This document shows positions 1-10,300 of a stretch of DNA of 64,000 nucleotides, one piece after another. The notes under the pieces are model-generated. The model was not told where the DNA came from. It saw only the letters and a program-made list of their open reading frames with translations, and did not search any database. Position 1 is the stretch's first letter; the number at the start of each line of letters is the position of its first letter. Source of the DNA: Promethearchaeota archaeon (lineage in GTDB: Archaea; Asgardarchaeota; Lokiarchaeia; Sigyniarchaeales; SOKP01); NCBI GenBank assembly GCA_019057865.1, contig JAHLWP010000012.1, positions 28,544-92,543 of the forward strand. The letters are read 5' to 3'. The position numbers and the translations under genes are program-made.

Positions 1-2
1 TT

Positions 3-263
3 CTTGGAGAAAAAGTCGTAATTGGAGATGATGTACTTATAGGACCTTATGTTTATATTGGAAAAAATTCTGAAATTGGTAATTATGTAGAGTTATCTAA
101 CACGATTATTTTTGATAACGTTAAAGTAGGAGACAACATCAAATTGGATAATTGTATTATTGCAAAGGATTGTAAACTTAATTTTAATAATTCAAATATA
201 AAAAATTGTATATTAAAAGGAATTGCCAATTCAGAGAAAGAAGTATTAAAAATTTACTTTTAA
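3..263 (+). CDS. C-terminal part of a left-handed beta-helix (hexapeptide repeat) protein, probably NDP-sugar pyrophosphorylase; truncated by window edge
   Basis: Manual translation LGEKVVIGDDVLIGPYVYIGKNSEIGNYVELSNTIIFDNVKVGDNIKLDNCII...; TAA at 261-263. Confidence 0.75.
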   Translation, partial: LGEKVVIGDDVLIGPYVYIGKNSEIGNYVELSNTIIFDNVKVGDNIKLDNCIIAKDCKLNFNNSNIKNCILKGIANSEKEVLKIYF

Positions 264-285
264 ATTTCAGCTTGATGGAATTAAC

Positions 286-1101
286 TTGAAGAATAAAAAA
301 TATTTTGAAACCAATTTAAAAAGATGGAACGAACTAGTAGATATAAATCTTGAATCAGAGTGGTATGATTTCAAAGGATTTTTGGAAGGCAAAGAATCCC
401 TACTTCCGATAGAAATTAAAGAACTTGGAGATGTAAATGGAAAATCATTGCTTCATTTACAATGCCACTTTGGAATGGATACTCTTTCTTGGGCAAGGAA
501 GGGTGCAAAAGTAACAGGAGTTGATTTTTCAGATAAAGCGATTGAATTAGCAAAACAATTAAGTAAAGAATTAAATATACCCGCAAAATTTATTCAATCT
601 AATGTTTATGATAAACCAAATATACTTAAAGAGAAGTTTGATATTGTTTTCACTTCTTATGGAGTCCTTTGCTGGCTACCAGATTTAGTAAAATGGGCAG
701 ATGTTATAAATTATTACCTAAAGCCTGGAGGTACTTTCTATATTATTGAAGGCCATCCTTTTGGATCGTTAATTGATGAAAAATTTAGAAAAGGTTTCCA
801 AGTAGGTTATGATTATTTTACAGAAGGAAAACCTACTCAGTGGGACGAGGATGGAACTTATGGTGACCCTAATGCAAAATTAAAACACATAACTAATTAT
901 CAGTGGGATCACACAATGAGCGATATCATAAACGCTTTATTGAGTGTAAATTTAGAAATAGAATTTTTTCATGAATTTCCGTTTACATTTCATAATTTAC
1001 ACCCAGATTTGAAACGAAGAGATGATGGATATTGGGAGTTCCAAAACTTAGAATTTTCAGTTCCTATGATGTTTTCAATTAAAGCACAGAAGAAATTATA
1101 A
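286..1101 (+). CDS. Class I SAM-dependent methyltransferase
   Basis: LLHLQCHFGMDTLSWA motif I variant, GVDFS, FDIVFTSYG, LKPGG. Confidence 0.85.
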   Translation: MKNKKYFETNLKRWNELVDINLESEWYDFKGFLEGKESLLPIEIKELGDVNGKSLLHLQCHFGMDTLSWARKGAKVTGVDFSDKAIELAKQLSKELNIPAKFIQSNVYDKPNILKEKFDIVFTSYGVLCWLPDLVKWADVINYYLKPGGTFYIIEGHPFGSLIDEKFRKGFQVGYDYFTEGKPTQWDEDGTYGDPNAKLKHITNYQWDHTMSDIINALLSVNLEIEFFHEFPFTFHNLHPDLKRRDDGYWEFQNLEFSVPMMFSIKAQKKL

Positions 1102-1330
1102 AATAATAACTCTATAAGAATATTATCATTAATTTCATATTATTATTCTAGATATTATACTCCTAATTTCTTTTTTATTCTTAATGACTTTGGAGCAGAG
1201 ATCTGAATTCGAGCATCTATAAATCTTAATTTAGATTTATTTTTTAGTAATAGATTAGAATCTTCGTGAAAGCACACTTTTACGAATATTCATATTATCG
1301 GTGATAATATTTATTACAATATATTAATCA

Positions 1331-2194
1331 TTACTTATTTTGAATATCTCTTCTTTTAAAGATAATGACTGAGAGTAGAATAGGCATAATCGAGAGTATC
1401 AATACAATCACTGAAAAAGAATAGATAAATGAGCCAATATTTGGGTCACTAGGAATCCCTCCTTTTACAAATATTCCTGCTTCTCCTCCTGAAATAAACC
1501 CTAGAACGATATTAACATGATGGGACAAAGAGATATTATTAAGAACGTTAGCAGTGTTTTTTGGTAGATAAATAGTTAGGAAATCGAGAATCATCCATAA
1601 AATAAGAAAGATGATTGTTCCAAGACTAGCCATAGAGGGTCTTTTACTTAAAACAGAAAAGAGTACTGCAATTGAAGTATAAACAATAGCATAAAATAAT
1701 ATAACAGCAAGATACCCTACTAAAATGTTTACATCAGCGATCCCAATACCAATAAGTATGAAAGATAACACCATCACGAGGAAATTTAAAGTTAGGAGTG
1801 GTAAAAATATAACCATAAATGAGAATAATTTTCCTATTATTATTTCCCATCGGTGTAAAGGTTTTGAAATTAAAAGTGTAAGCATTCCTCTCTCTTTTTC
1901 TCCAGCTATAAAATCGCTACTATGTAATACAGCTACCAAAGCTATTGGAAAGGTTGTTATATCAATGAAGGACATCATGCAGATCGTGGGATTAATTTCG
2001 GTAAGCGGTTCTGGAAACATTGCAGTCATCTGTTCAAGGATACTTGGATCTTCATACATCATCCAGGAAAACCATATGTTCAGTACAACGGGTAATATTA
2101 ACAAAACAAGGTATATGATAAATCTCCTTGATAATACAGTATCTCTTATCTCCCGTTTAATAATTATTTCTAATGCCATTTTAGTTCCAATCAC
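1331..2194 (-). CDS. ABC-2 type transporter permease (start may be ATG at 2179)
   Basis: About 6 TM helices, IAGEKERGMLTLLISKPLHRWEIIIGK signature, adjacent ABC ATPase. Confidence 0.85.
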   Translation of the reverse strand: MIGTKMALEIIIKREIRDTVLSRRFIIYLVLLILPVVLNIWFSWMMYEDPSILEQMTAMFPEPLTEINPTICMMSFIDITTFPIALVAVLHSSDFIAGEKERGMLTLLISKPLHRWEIIIGKLFSFMVIFLPLLTLNFLVMVLSFILIGIGIADVNILVGYLAVILFYAIVYTSIAVLFSVLSKRPSMASLGTIIFLILWMILDFLTIYLPKNTANVLNNISLSHHVNIVLGFISGGEAGIFVKGGIPSDPNIGSFIYSFSVIVLILSIMPILLSVIIFKRRDIQNK

Positions 2195-2909
2195 CTTTGA
2201 TAGTATTTTTATAGATTTCTTCTAAACTTCCTGAAATATCTTTTAAAACAACTTTCGTTATAATTTTACCTTTCTCAATAATTGCGACAATATCACTTAT
2301 TTTTTCAGTTATAGGAAGCATGTGAGTTGTAATTAAAATTGTATTTCCTTTTCTAGCATAATCAGAAATCATTTCTAAGACTTTTTCACGGGCTAGTGGA
2401 TCTAAATCGGATGTAGGCTCGTCTAAAAATACAACTTCAGGATCTGCAACAAAAGCTTGAGCAATTGCTAATCGTTGCTTCATTCCTGCTGAATAAGTTT
2501 CTATTTTTGAATTACCTCTCTCTGACAACCCAACTTTCTTAATAAAAGTGCTGGCTTTCTTTTTAGCTTCAAGTTTTTCAACCCCTCCAAGTTCTGCCAT
2601 ATATTGCAAAAATCTAAATCCACTCATGTTTTTATAAAAACCAGAGTCTTCAGGCAGATATCCTATCTTTTCACGTGCTTTTAGAGGGTCTTTTAGGATG
2701 TCTTTACCTAAAATCTTAGCTGATCCTGATGTTGGTTTTAAAGCACAAATTAACATTTCAATTAATGTAGTTTTTCCAGCTCCATTTGGTCCAACTAGAC
2801 CACATATTTCTCCTTTCTTAACTTTTAAATTCAAATTATTAACAGCAATAAAATCATTGAATTTTTTAGTTAAGTTGTTCGTTATTATAGCATATTCCAT
2901 TTTAGACAT
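2181..2909 (-). CDS. ABC transporter ATP-binding protein
   Basis: Walker A GPNGAGKTT, signature YSAGMKQR, Walker B VFLDEP, H-loop. Confidence 0.95.
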   Translation of the reverse strand: MSKMEYAIITNNLTKKFNDFIAVNNLNLKVKKGEICGLVGPNGAGKTTLIEMLICALKPTSGSAKILGKDILKDPLKAREKIGYLPEDSGFYKNMSGFRFLQYMAELGGVEKLEAKKKASTFIKKVGLSERGNSKIETYSAGMKQRLAIAQAFVADPEVVFLDEPTSDLDPLAREKVLEMISDYARKGNTILITTHMLPITEKISDIVAIIEKGKIITKVVLKDISGSLEEIYKNTIKGDWN

Positions 2910-2974
2910 TTAAATAAAATATTATACAACCCTTTTAAAATTAATTGAGATTTTAATTAAAAATTGGAAAAGAA

Positions 2975-3844
2975 TTAATTTCTATTATGTAGATGTTTTT
3001 TCTCTTTTTCAATCTTAATTAGTAATTTTCCAGCTGTTTTATGGCTCATTAATTGTAAATATGATAATAACCACCACCATCGTGGCACAAATACTTCTCT
3101 TTTATATTTGCGTGATGCTTTCATAACACGTTCAGCAACATCCCTAGCTTCAACATATTGATATATGAACCCTCTTTTTTGATATTTTCTTGCCCATTCC
3201 TTCATTTTTGGTGTAGAATCCCAAAATTTAGTTTTAGCAGGAGCGGAACAGATGGTTATTACTTGAATATTATGATTTTGCATTCGATATTCTAATCGAA
3301 CTGAATCTGCTAAACCTACTACAGCATGTTTACTCATGCTATATGCTGCTAAATTGGGAATACCCGTTTTTCCTGCTGAGCTTGCTGAGAAAATCAATTG
3401 ACCTTCACGTCTTTCAGGATATTTTTTTGTTGGTGCTGGTCGTCCAATATAAGGAAGTGCTTCTTGAAGAACCAACCACATTCCATCAGTATTGATAGAC
3501 ATTATCTTGCGATACTCTTCAAAAGAGCCTTGATTTGTAATTGAACAGGTACTTCCTATTCCTGCATTATTAAATAAAATATCGATATATTTTTCCTTAT
3601 CTCCAATCTTTTTAATTCCAGATTCTATTTGTTCTTTATTAGTAACATCAAATACCATCTTTTCGACGTATTCAGCACCTAAATTTTTAATTTCTTCTGT
3701 TAATGCATCTAATGTAGGACCAGGAAGATCTAATAAATACATTTTCATCCCTAAGGGTGCAAAAAGCCTACATACTTCACTGCCAATATCACCACTAGCC
3801 CCTGTTATTACGAATACTTTTCCTTTATACCATTTCTTTTTCAT
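2975..3844 (-). CDS. Short-chain dehydrogenase/reductase
   Basis: TGASGDIG, NNAG, YSMSK catalytic motif. Confidence 0.9.
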   Translation of the reverse strand: MKKKWYKGKVFVITGASGDIGSEVCRLFAPLGMKMYLLDLPGPTLDALTEEIKNLGAEYVEKMVFDVTNKEQIESGIKKIGDKEKYIDILFNNAGIGSTCSITNQGSFEEYRKIMSINTDGMWLVLQEALPYIGRPAPTKKYPERREGQLIFSASSAGKTGIPNLAAYSMSKHAVVGLADSVRLEYRMQNHNIQVITICSAPAKTKFWDSTPKMKEWARKYQKRGFIYQYVEARDVAERVMKASRKYKREVFVPRWWWLLSYLQLMSHKTAGKLLIKIEKEKKHLHNRN

Positions 3845-3862
3845 ATTTAGAATTCTTCCTCG

Positions 3863-4255
3863 TTAATCTCCTTTTTTTACTATACCTGAAAAAGAAGAAA
3901 ATTGTTTAAAAACACTTACATCTCCTTCAATTTTAGCAAAAATATTTACTGGAGATGCTGCTTTTGGTTTATCAGATGTACTTGCTGGGGTTCTTCCAAA
4001 AAATATACAAAAACCAGTTCCACTTGGCCAATATCCAATATCTCCAATTTCACATTCAATTTGAGAGTTTTCCTCTTCAAGTTTTACTGGAATAGGACCA
4101 TATAATTCTTCACCCCATCTTGCCAAATCTAATTCTAAGGGAAGACTATCCCAGATCGCTTTACATGTTTCAGGATTCTTTTCAAGTAATAATTTAGCTT
4201 TAACTTTTCCTATTTTTTCATTTTCAATGATTAAATAATCCATGAAGTAAATCAC
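3863..4255 (-). CDS. Cyclophilin-like fold protein (DUF369 type)
   Basis: RWGEELY, GDIGYWPSG, CIFFGRTP, ASPVNIFAKI motifs. Confidence 0.75.
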   Translation of the reverse strand: MIYFMDYLIIENEKIGKVKAKLLLEKNPETCKAIWDSLPLELDLARWGEELYGPIPVKLEEENSQIECEIGDIGYWPSGTGFCIFFGRTPASTSDKPKAASPVNIFAKIEGDVSVFKQFSSFSGIVKKGD

Positions 4256-4365
4256 ATTTTTCTAATTGAATTATACTAACTTTTATTGATTTTAAAGATT
4301 TAATTATCAAAGATATAAAAATTTTTATTCTTATGAAAAACAAATAAGATTCTTAGCTATCATCA

Positions 4366-5196
4366 ATGATTTTAGAAAAAACTGTAGAATTAGTAAAAAA
4401 AATCTATAAATATCATAAGATTGTCCCTCCTAAAATTACAAAAGTGATTATCGGATTAGGTTATACAGGAGTAGAAACAACATCTTATTCTTATGAACCA
4501 TTCTTAGGTTTAGCTTATACTTTACCAAGAGTAATTAAAAAAACTGATTGTAATAAAATTAATTTTGCGGGATCTCTTACCGATAGATCTTTACTAGAAG
4601 TATTACAATGGTCATATGAGCCACCAAGCTTAAAAAAAATTATTGGAATAGCTACATTGAACGCAGTGTCTCAACATATATTTCAAATTGCTAAGGATAA
4701 TGATTGGGGTAATCCATATATTAGAATCAAAGAAAATCTTATAGACTATCTAAAAATCGAAAAAAATACAAAAGTAACGTTTATTGGATTTGTAAAGCCG
4801 ATGATCCAGAAGATAAGGAGAATTACACCAAATATCCTAATTATTGAAGACAATCCTTCTATCTCTACAAGTTTTAATAATTGCATTATCAAGAATGATA
4901 TTAAGCAGTTAGATAAAAAGGAATTATCCACGGATATTCTATTTTGTACTGGTACAGCGTTAATAAATGATACATTTGAGGAGATCTTAGAATTATTTAA
5001 AAGAAATGTTCGTTGTATCTCAATTATTGGTCCTAGCGCTAGTATGATTCCTGATATCTTATTTGATTATGGTATTGATATTGTAGGAGGAATGAAAATT
5101 ATAGATTCAGAGGCTACTATGATGGTTATCCAAGAAGGAGGAGGAACAAAATTATTTAAGAAATTTGGAATTAAATATAACTTAATTCCAGAATAA
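4366..5196 (+). CDS. DUF364 / Rossmann-like domain protein
   Basis: IGIATLNAVSQ, TGTALINDT, IGPSAS motifs. Confidence 0.75.
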   Translation: MILEKTVELVKKIYKYHKIVPPKITKVIIGLGYTGVETTSYSYEPFLGLAYTLPRVIKKTDCNKINFAGSLTDRSLLEVLQWSYEPPSLKKIIGIATLNAVSQHIFQIAKDNDWGNPYIRIKENLIDYLKIEKNTKVTFIGFVKPMIQKIRRITPNILIIEDNPSISTSFNNCIIKNDIKQLDKKELSTDILFCTGTALINDTFEEILELFKRNVRCISIIGPSASMIPDILFDYGIDIVGGMKIIDSEATMMVIQEGGGTKLFKKFGIKYNLIPE

Positions 5197-5325
5197 TGGT
5201 TTTCTTTAAATTAAAAGAAAATTTTGCGATAGGTAAATTTTAATAATTAGATAACTGAAAACTAATTAATTTAAGAAAATTGAAATATATCAGAAAAAAT
5301 AAAAAACATAGCTCATTTTATCAAT

Positions 5326-5859
5326 TTGGTTAAAATGTCTGACTTAATATACGTTTTCAAGCTCATAGTTATTGGTCCTGGTGCTGTAGGAAAAACAAGT
5401 ATTATAAATAGATTTGTAAAGGATGAATTTGTTTTAAAATATAAATTAACTATTGGAACAGATTTTATATCAAAAACCATTGAATACAAACCGAATAAAA
5501 AAGCAAAACTGCAAATTTGGGATATTGGGGGTCAAGAAAGATTTAAATTCTTGCGTAGAAGTTTTTATGATGGTGCTAACGGAGCATTTTTGGTTTTTGA
5601 TCTTTCAAGAGGACATACATATAAAGAAACAAAGACATGGCTTTCTGAAATGAATCAAATTATGGAAAAGAAAATACCTTTCATATTAGTAGGAAATAAA
5701 TCTGATTTAATTGAGGAAATTGGTGAATTAATCGATCGAAATGAAGTAGAAATGTTTGTTAAAGAAGAAAAAAGTATTTACATAGAAACTTCAGCAAAGA
5801 CAGGAGATAATGTTGAACAGGCTTTCATTGAATTAACTCAAAGAATGATTAAAAAATAA
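5326..5859 (+). CDS. Rab-like small GTPase (eukaryotic signature protein)
   Basis: G1 GPGAVGKTS, G2 TIGTDF, G3 WDIGGQERF, G4 NKSD, G5 ETSAK; no C-terminal prenylation Cys. Confidence 0.93.
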   Translation: MVKMSDLIYVFKLIVIGPGAVGKTSIINRFVKDEFVLKYKLTIGTDFISKTIEYKPNKKAKLQIWDIGGQERFKFLRRSFYDGANGAFLVFDLSRGHTYKETKTWLSEMNQIMEKKIPFILVGNKSDLIEEIGELIDRNEVEMFVKEEKSIYIETSAKTGDNVEQAFIELTQRMIKK

Positions 5860-5925
5860 TACTTATCTATCTGTGATAAAGGTAATTAAAAAGATTTAAA
5901 AACGAAATTTACTGAATTTTTTAGG

Positions 5926-7302
5926 GTGAAAAAAATGGAACTTATAGAGATCTTAAACCAAATCCCTGAATATAAAGAATTCATGACAATTGCTGAATTA
6001 GACGATTCTAGTAAAAAGTTAGCGAAATTATTTGACTATGTAGACTTGAAAGAAATTGGTAAATCAAGAGAAGGAAGAACAATAAATTGCCTAAAAATTG
6101 GAGAGGGAAAAGAAAATGTGCTTCTCTTTGCATTCCCACATCCCAATGAACCTATTGGAAGCATGAGCTTGGAGTTCTTATCATGGTTTTTAGCAGAAAA
6201 TCCTGAATTTACGAAAGAAACCGGTTATACATGGTATTTAATTAAAGCAATTGATATAGATGGAGCTTTACTGAATGAAGGATGGTTTAAAGGGGAATTT
6301 GATCCTTTTAAATATGCTAAGAATTATTACAGACCCGCAAGTAATGAACAAATTGAGTGGACTTTTCCCGTCAAGTACAAAAAGCTTGAATTTGAAACTC
6401 CACCACCCGAAACTCAAGCTTTAATTTTTTTAATGAAGAAATTAAGACCTAAGTTTGTATATAGTCTTCATAATTCGGGTTTTGGTGGTGTTTATTTTTA
6501 TGTTACTCGTGGAGTTGGAAACCTATTTACTGATCTCATTGAATTTGTTAAAAAAGAAAAATTACCATTACATCTTGGAGAACCTGAAGCACCATATATT
6601 AAATCTCTATATGATGCAGTTTTCGAAATCTTTGGTATTCAAGAGATGTATGATTTTGCTGAAGCTAATGGTGTAGAGAATCCTCAAGAGATTTTACGGT
6701 GTGGGACATCCTCATTTGATTATCTTAAAAGAATCACGGGTCATAAAAGCATGACATTAGTTTGTGAAATGCCATATTTTTACGATGAAGCTATCGATGA
6801 TTTATCCCACACAGAATTTGAAAGAAGAGACCTTGTTATAAAATCAATAGATTACATGAAAGATGTATATAATCATTCTAAGAAAGTCTTTCGATCAATT
6901 AAGAAATATTGTAAAAAGACTACAAGACTTTATAGTGCAGTGGATTATCTAATTAAGACTGGTGGAATGATGCTTGAAGTATATATGCAAGATGCCAAAA
7001 CATCGCCCATGTATGATGGAAAAGCAACAGTATCACAAGCATTTGATTCAAATATCTCAAGTAGATATTACAGCTTGCTTTCTATATCAATGCTAGCAAG
7101 ATTATGTCAAGAAGCCTCTTTGAATCATCCCGAAAAGAAAGCAGAGCTTTTGAAAATCAAAACTGACTTAGAAAAATGGATTGAAAAAAGAATATACGAG
7201 TTATTAAGCCATACAAAATTTGAAGTTATTCCAATCCAAAAACTAGTCCGAGTTCAAATTGGAAGTGCTTTTATCACTCTAAAAAACTTATTAAAAAAAT
7301 AA
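5926..7302 (+). CDS. M14 family zinc carboxypeptidase
   Basis: HPNE zinc motif, SLHN, IGKSREGR. Confidence 0.8.
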   Translation: MKKMELIEILNQIPEYKEFMTIAELDDSSKKLAKLFDYVDLKEIGKSREGRTINCLKIGEGKENVLLFAFPHPNEPIGSMSLEFLSWFLAENPEFTKETGYTWYLIKAIDIDGALLNEGWFKGEFDPFKYAKNYYRPASNEQIEWTFPVKYKKLEFETPPPETQALIFLMKKLRPKFVYSLHNSGFGGVYFYVTRGVGNLFTDLIEFVKKEKLPLHLGEPEAPYIKSLYDAVFEIFGIQEMYDFAEANGVENPQEILRCGTSSFDYLKRITGHKSMTLVCEMPYFYDEAIDDLSHTEFERRDLVIKSIDYMKDVYNHSKKVFRSIKKYCKKTTRLYSAVDYLIKTGGMMLEVYMQDAKTSPMYDGKATVSQAFDSNISSRYYSLLSISMLARLCQEASLNHPEKKAELLKIKTDLEKWIEKRIYELLSHTKFEVIPIQKLVRVQIGSAFITLKNLLKK

Positions 7303-7317
7303 GAGCAAAAATATTTT

Positions 7318-7365
7318 GTTGAGGATGCTTTCATTGAGTTGGTTAACCAAATGATAAAGGATTAA
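7318..7365 (+). pseudogene. Remnant 3' end of a second Rab-like GTPase
   Basis: Translates VEDAFIELVNQMIKD*, matching the C-terminus VEQAFIELTQRMIKK* of 5326..5859. Confidence 0.65.
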
Positions 7366-7367
7366 GG

Positions 7368-10300
7368 TTAAGTCAATTTAATTACAGCAAATGAAAATAA
7401 ATTTGTGTAGAATTTAGCTAGATTTCTTTTAATCATTTCTTGTTTGAGATCTTCAAATTCAAAGGATAAATCATCTATTTTTTTTTCTACGTTTTGGATA
7501 TCTTTTTCAATAAACATTATTTCTTCTTCCAATTTTTGAATTTTATCCAACCTTTCTTGCTTTTTAGTTTCATCAGACATTTTATTAATATTTTGGAGCT
7601 GTCTTTCTGTGGGCCTACTATTTCTTTTTCTCTCTAATCTTTGTTTTAAAGAATCTAGTTTGAAAAATAAGACATTTCTTTTATGTGCATATATTTTTTC
7701 CTTTTTACTTCTTTCTAAATCAAATATTTTGTCATTTAAAATCTTAATTTCATTTTTCCATAGAGAAGTTTTTGATTTTACAATTTTTTTAGCTGTTTTA
7801 GAAAGAGTGTAAATATCTTTATAATTTAAATCGATTTCGTGATTCAAATCGTTGAAATTAAAGATTTTTTCAAAATTTTCAATATTTAAAATAAAATCTG
7901 TTAACTTCTCAAGCCCATTCCCATTCTGATCAACTAATACTGCAGAAATTTGATTTTCAATTATATATCCTTGAAATTTAATTGTAAAAATAAAAAGATA
8001 TAACTCTTCTTTTTTAATTGATTTCAAATCATAATATTTTTCTAATATTTTCTTTTTTAGACCTAAAATGCTAAAATTACCATGAAATTCGTCGTTTATA
8101 CAATAATCCAAAATTCCATTTATTAATGGATGTCCCAATGCAAAAAAATCAATTTCTTCCTTTTTCCTTGCTAGTTCTAAGCTAAAAGTGCCTAAATATT
8201 CTCTTAAAAACTTGTAATTAAGATTCTTTAATAACATATCTTTTAATTTAATTTTTGATTGAAGTTCAAAATCATCTTTGACTTTTTCAAAATCCTCTTC
8301 GCTAACTTTTAAGTATCCATATTTATTATTATCAAGATTAAAGAAATATTTCATCAGTAGAAATAATTCATTATGACTAAGTTTAACATCGATACATGAT
8401 GCTAAAGATGTAATCAGTCCCTCCATCTGAAAAGATTTTTTATCAATCATTAAATCATCTAATTGCATTTCAATTTCCTTTGCTTTCTGAATCTCTTCAT
8501 CAAGAGTTCTATAAAATTCATTTAATTTATTTCTCTTTTTCTTCTCATCCTCAATGAAAATTAATTTTTTAAAATCTTTTTCAATTTTACCTATTATTGG
8601 TTCTAAAATTCCTATTGATTCTTCAAACAAGCTAATTCTTTTCAATAAAGCGGAAATTACATCTGTTTCGATAGTACCTTCCATAAATAAATTGTAAATA
8701 TATATTTCACGAGATTCTTGCCCTATTCGATCAAGTCTCCCTATTCTCTGTTCTAGTTTCATAGGATTCCACGGTAAATCATAATTTATGAGAATTCTAC
8801 AAAACTGGAAATTGCGACCTTCTCCTCCTATTTCTGTCGAAATAAGTATTGAGAGTTTTTTACTGATACGAAAGCGCTCAACTGCTGCATCTTTTTGATT
8901 TTTATCCAACCCTCCATAGAAAATTTCAACTAAATATCTTTCATTTTGTTTCTCTATTAAATCTTTTAGATAGAAGAGAGTATCCACGAATTGAGTAAAT
9001 ATTAAAATTTTTTCTTTTGGATTTTGTGAATAAATCTCACTGATAATCTCAATTAATTTATCTGCTTTTGAATCATATGGCAGATTCTTTAGCTTTTCAT
9101 AAAAATCTTTTAAACTTTTTTCTTGATTAATAATATTAAATGATTCATCTGATTGTTCTTGTGTTAGTGATTCTTTAAGTCCAATAATTTCAGAATCAAT
9201 GGTTTGATCTTCTAGTTCTAATTCATAATATTCAGGATCTTCTTCTTTTATCACGTCTAATTTCAGAAAAATATCCTTAAATCGATTAATTTGTTCTAAT
9301 CTGCGCTCAAGACTTTTTAAAAAGGCATATTTTGAACTGGTTAATAATTTCTGTAAGGTTGTAATTACAAATCCTATTCCAGCATTTTCTTTACTTATGG
9401 AGGCGTTATAAATTTGAGCGAGATATAATCGGATTTCATTATAAAGGTCTAGTTCTTGTTTAGTTGGGTCTACCATTATTGTATTTACTAGCCTTTTACT
9501 CAAAAATTCTTTAGAAAATACATTTTTCTTACGATTTCTAATTAAAAACTTCGATAATGTGTGATCTTTTTCAATTTTATTTATTAAGTTTAATTTGAAA
9601 GAATCATCTTTAATCTGTAGTAAAACTTGCTCATAATTTTTTCTCTTATCAATGTATCGAAGATTTTTAAGAAGTTTTATAGTATTTTTAACTTCAAAAT
9701 TATTTAGTTTTTCAATCTGGTTAAGATTTGAGACTAATAAATTGATAAATGGCATATTTTTCCTAAAATGTTCAAAATCACTAAAATTTTCAAAAACTTC
9801 TGGGTGTATTAGCTCAATTAAAGAGTATAATTCGAAAGAATGAAGTTGTAACGGAGTTGCTGTTAATAAAAGTAAACTTTCTGCATTTTGGATTAGGTTA
9901 CGAGCTAATACATAATTGAGTGTTTCTCTATAATAACCCGTCATAGCATTAAGTAAATAACGTCTTAAATGGTGAGCCTCGTCAAAAATAATGATATCCC
10001 ATGAAATTTGAGATAGTAATTCTATATATTTTCGATTTCTGGCAAATTGTATTGAACATATAATTAAATTATCATAATAAAAAGGATTACTTAAAAGATT
10101 AGCACTTTTATAGCTCCCTTTTTTCTTTAGTTCTTTTATCTTTTTTCCATCATAGATTGTAAAACTGATATTAAACTTATTTTGCATTTCAAATTGCCAC
10201 TGGTTTAGCAATGACGCTGGAACTATAATTAAAATCCTTTCTGCTAAATTTCTTGCCATCATTTCCTTAATATAGATTCCCGCTTCAATCGTTTTCCCAA

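Noticed and set aside
1155-1293. Short minus-strand frames downstream of the ABC permease (MNIRKSVLSRRF*; ...ISAPKSLRIKKKLGV*)
   Set aside because: Too short to assign; the VLSRRF match to the permease may be chance.
4687-4716. Possible small insert (AKDNDWG) in the DUF364 gene as another intron
   Set aside because: Only a weak hairpin, no BHB geometry, and no alignment available to show it is an insertion.
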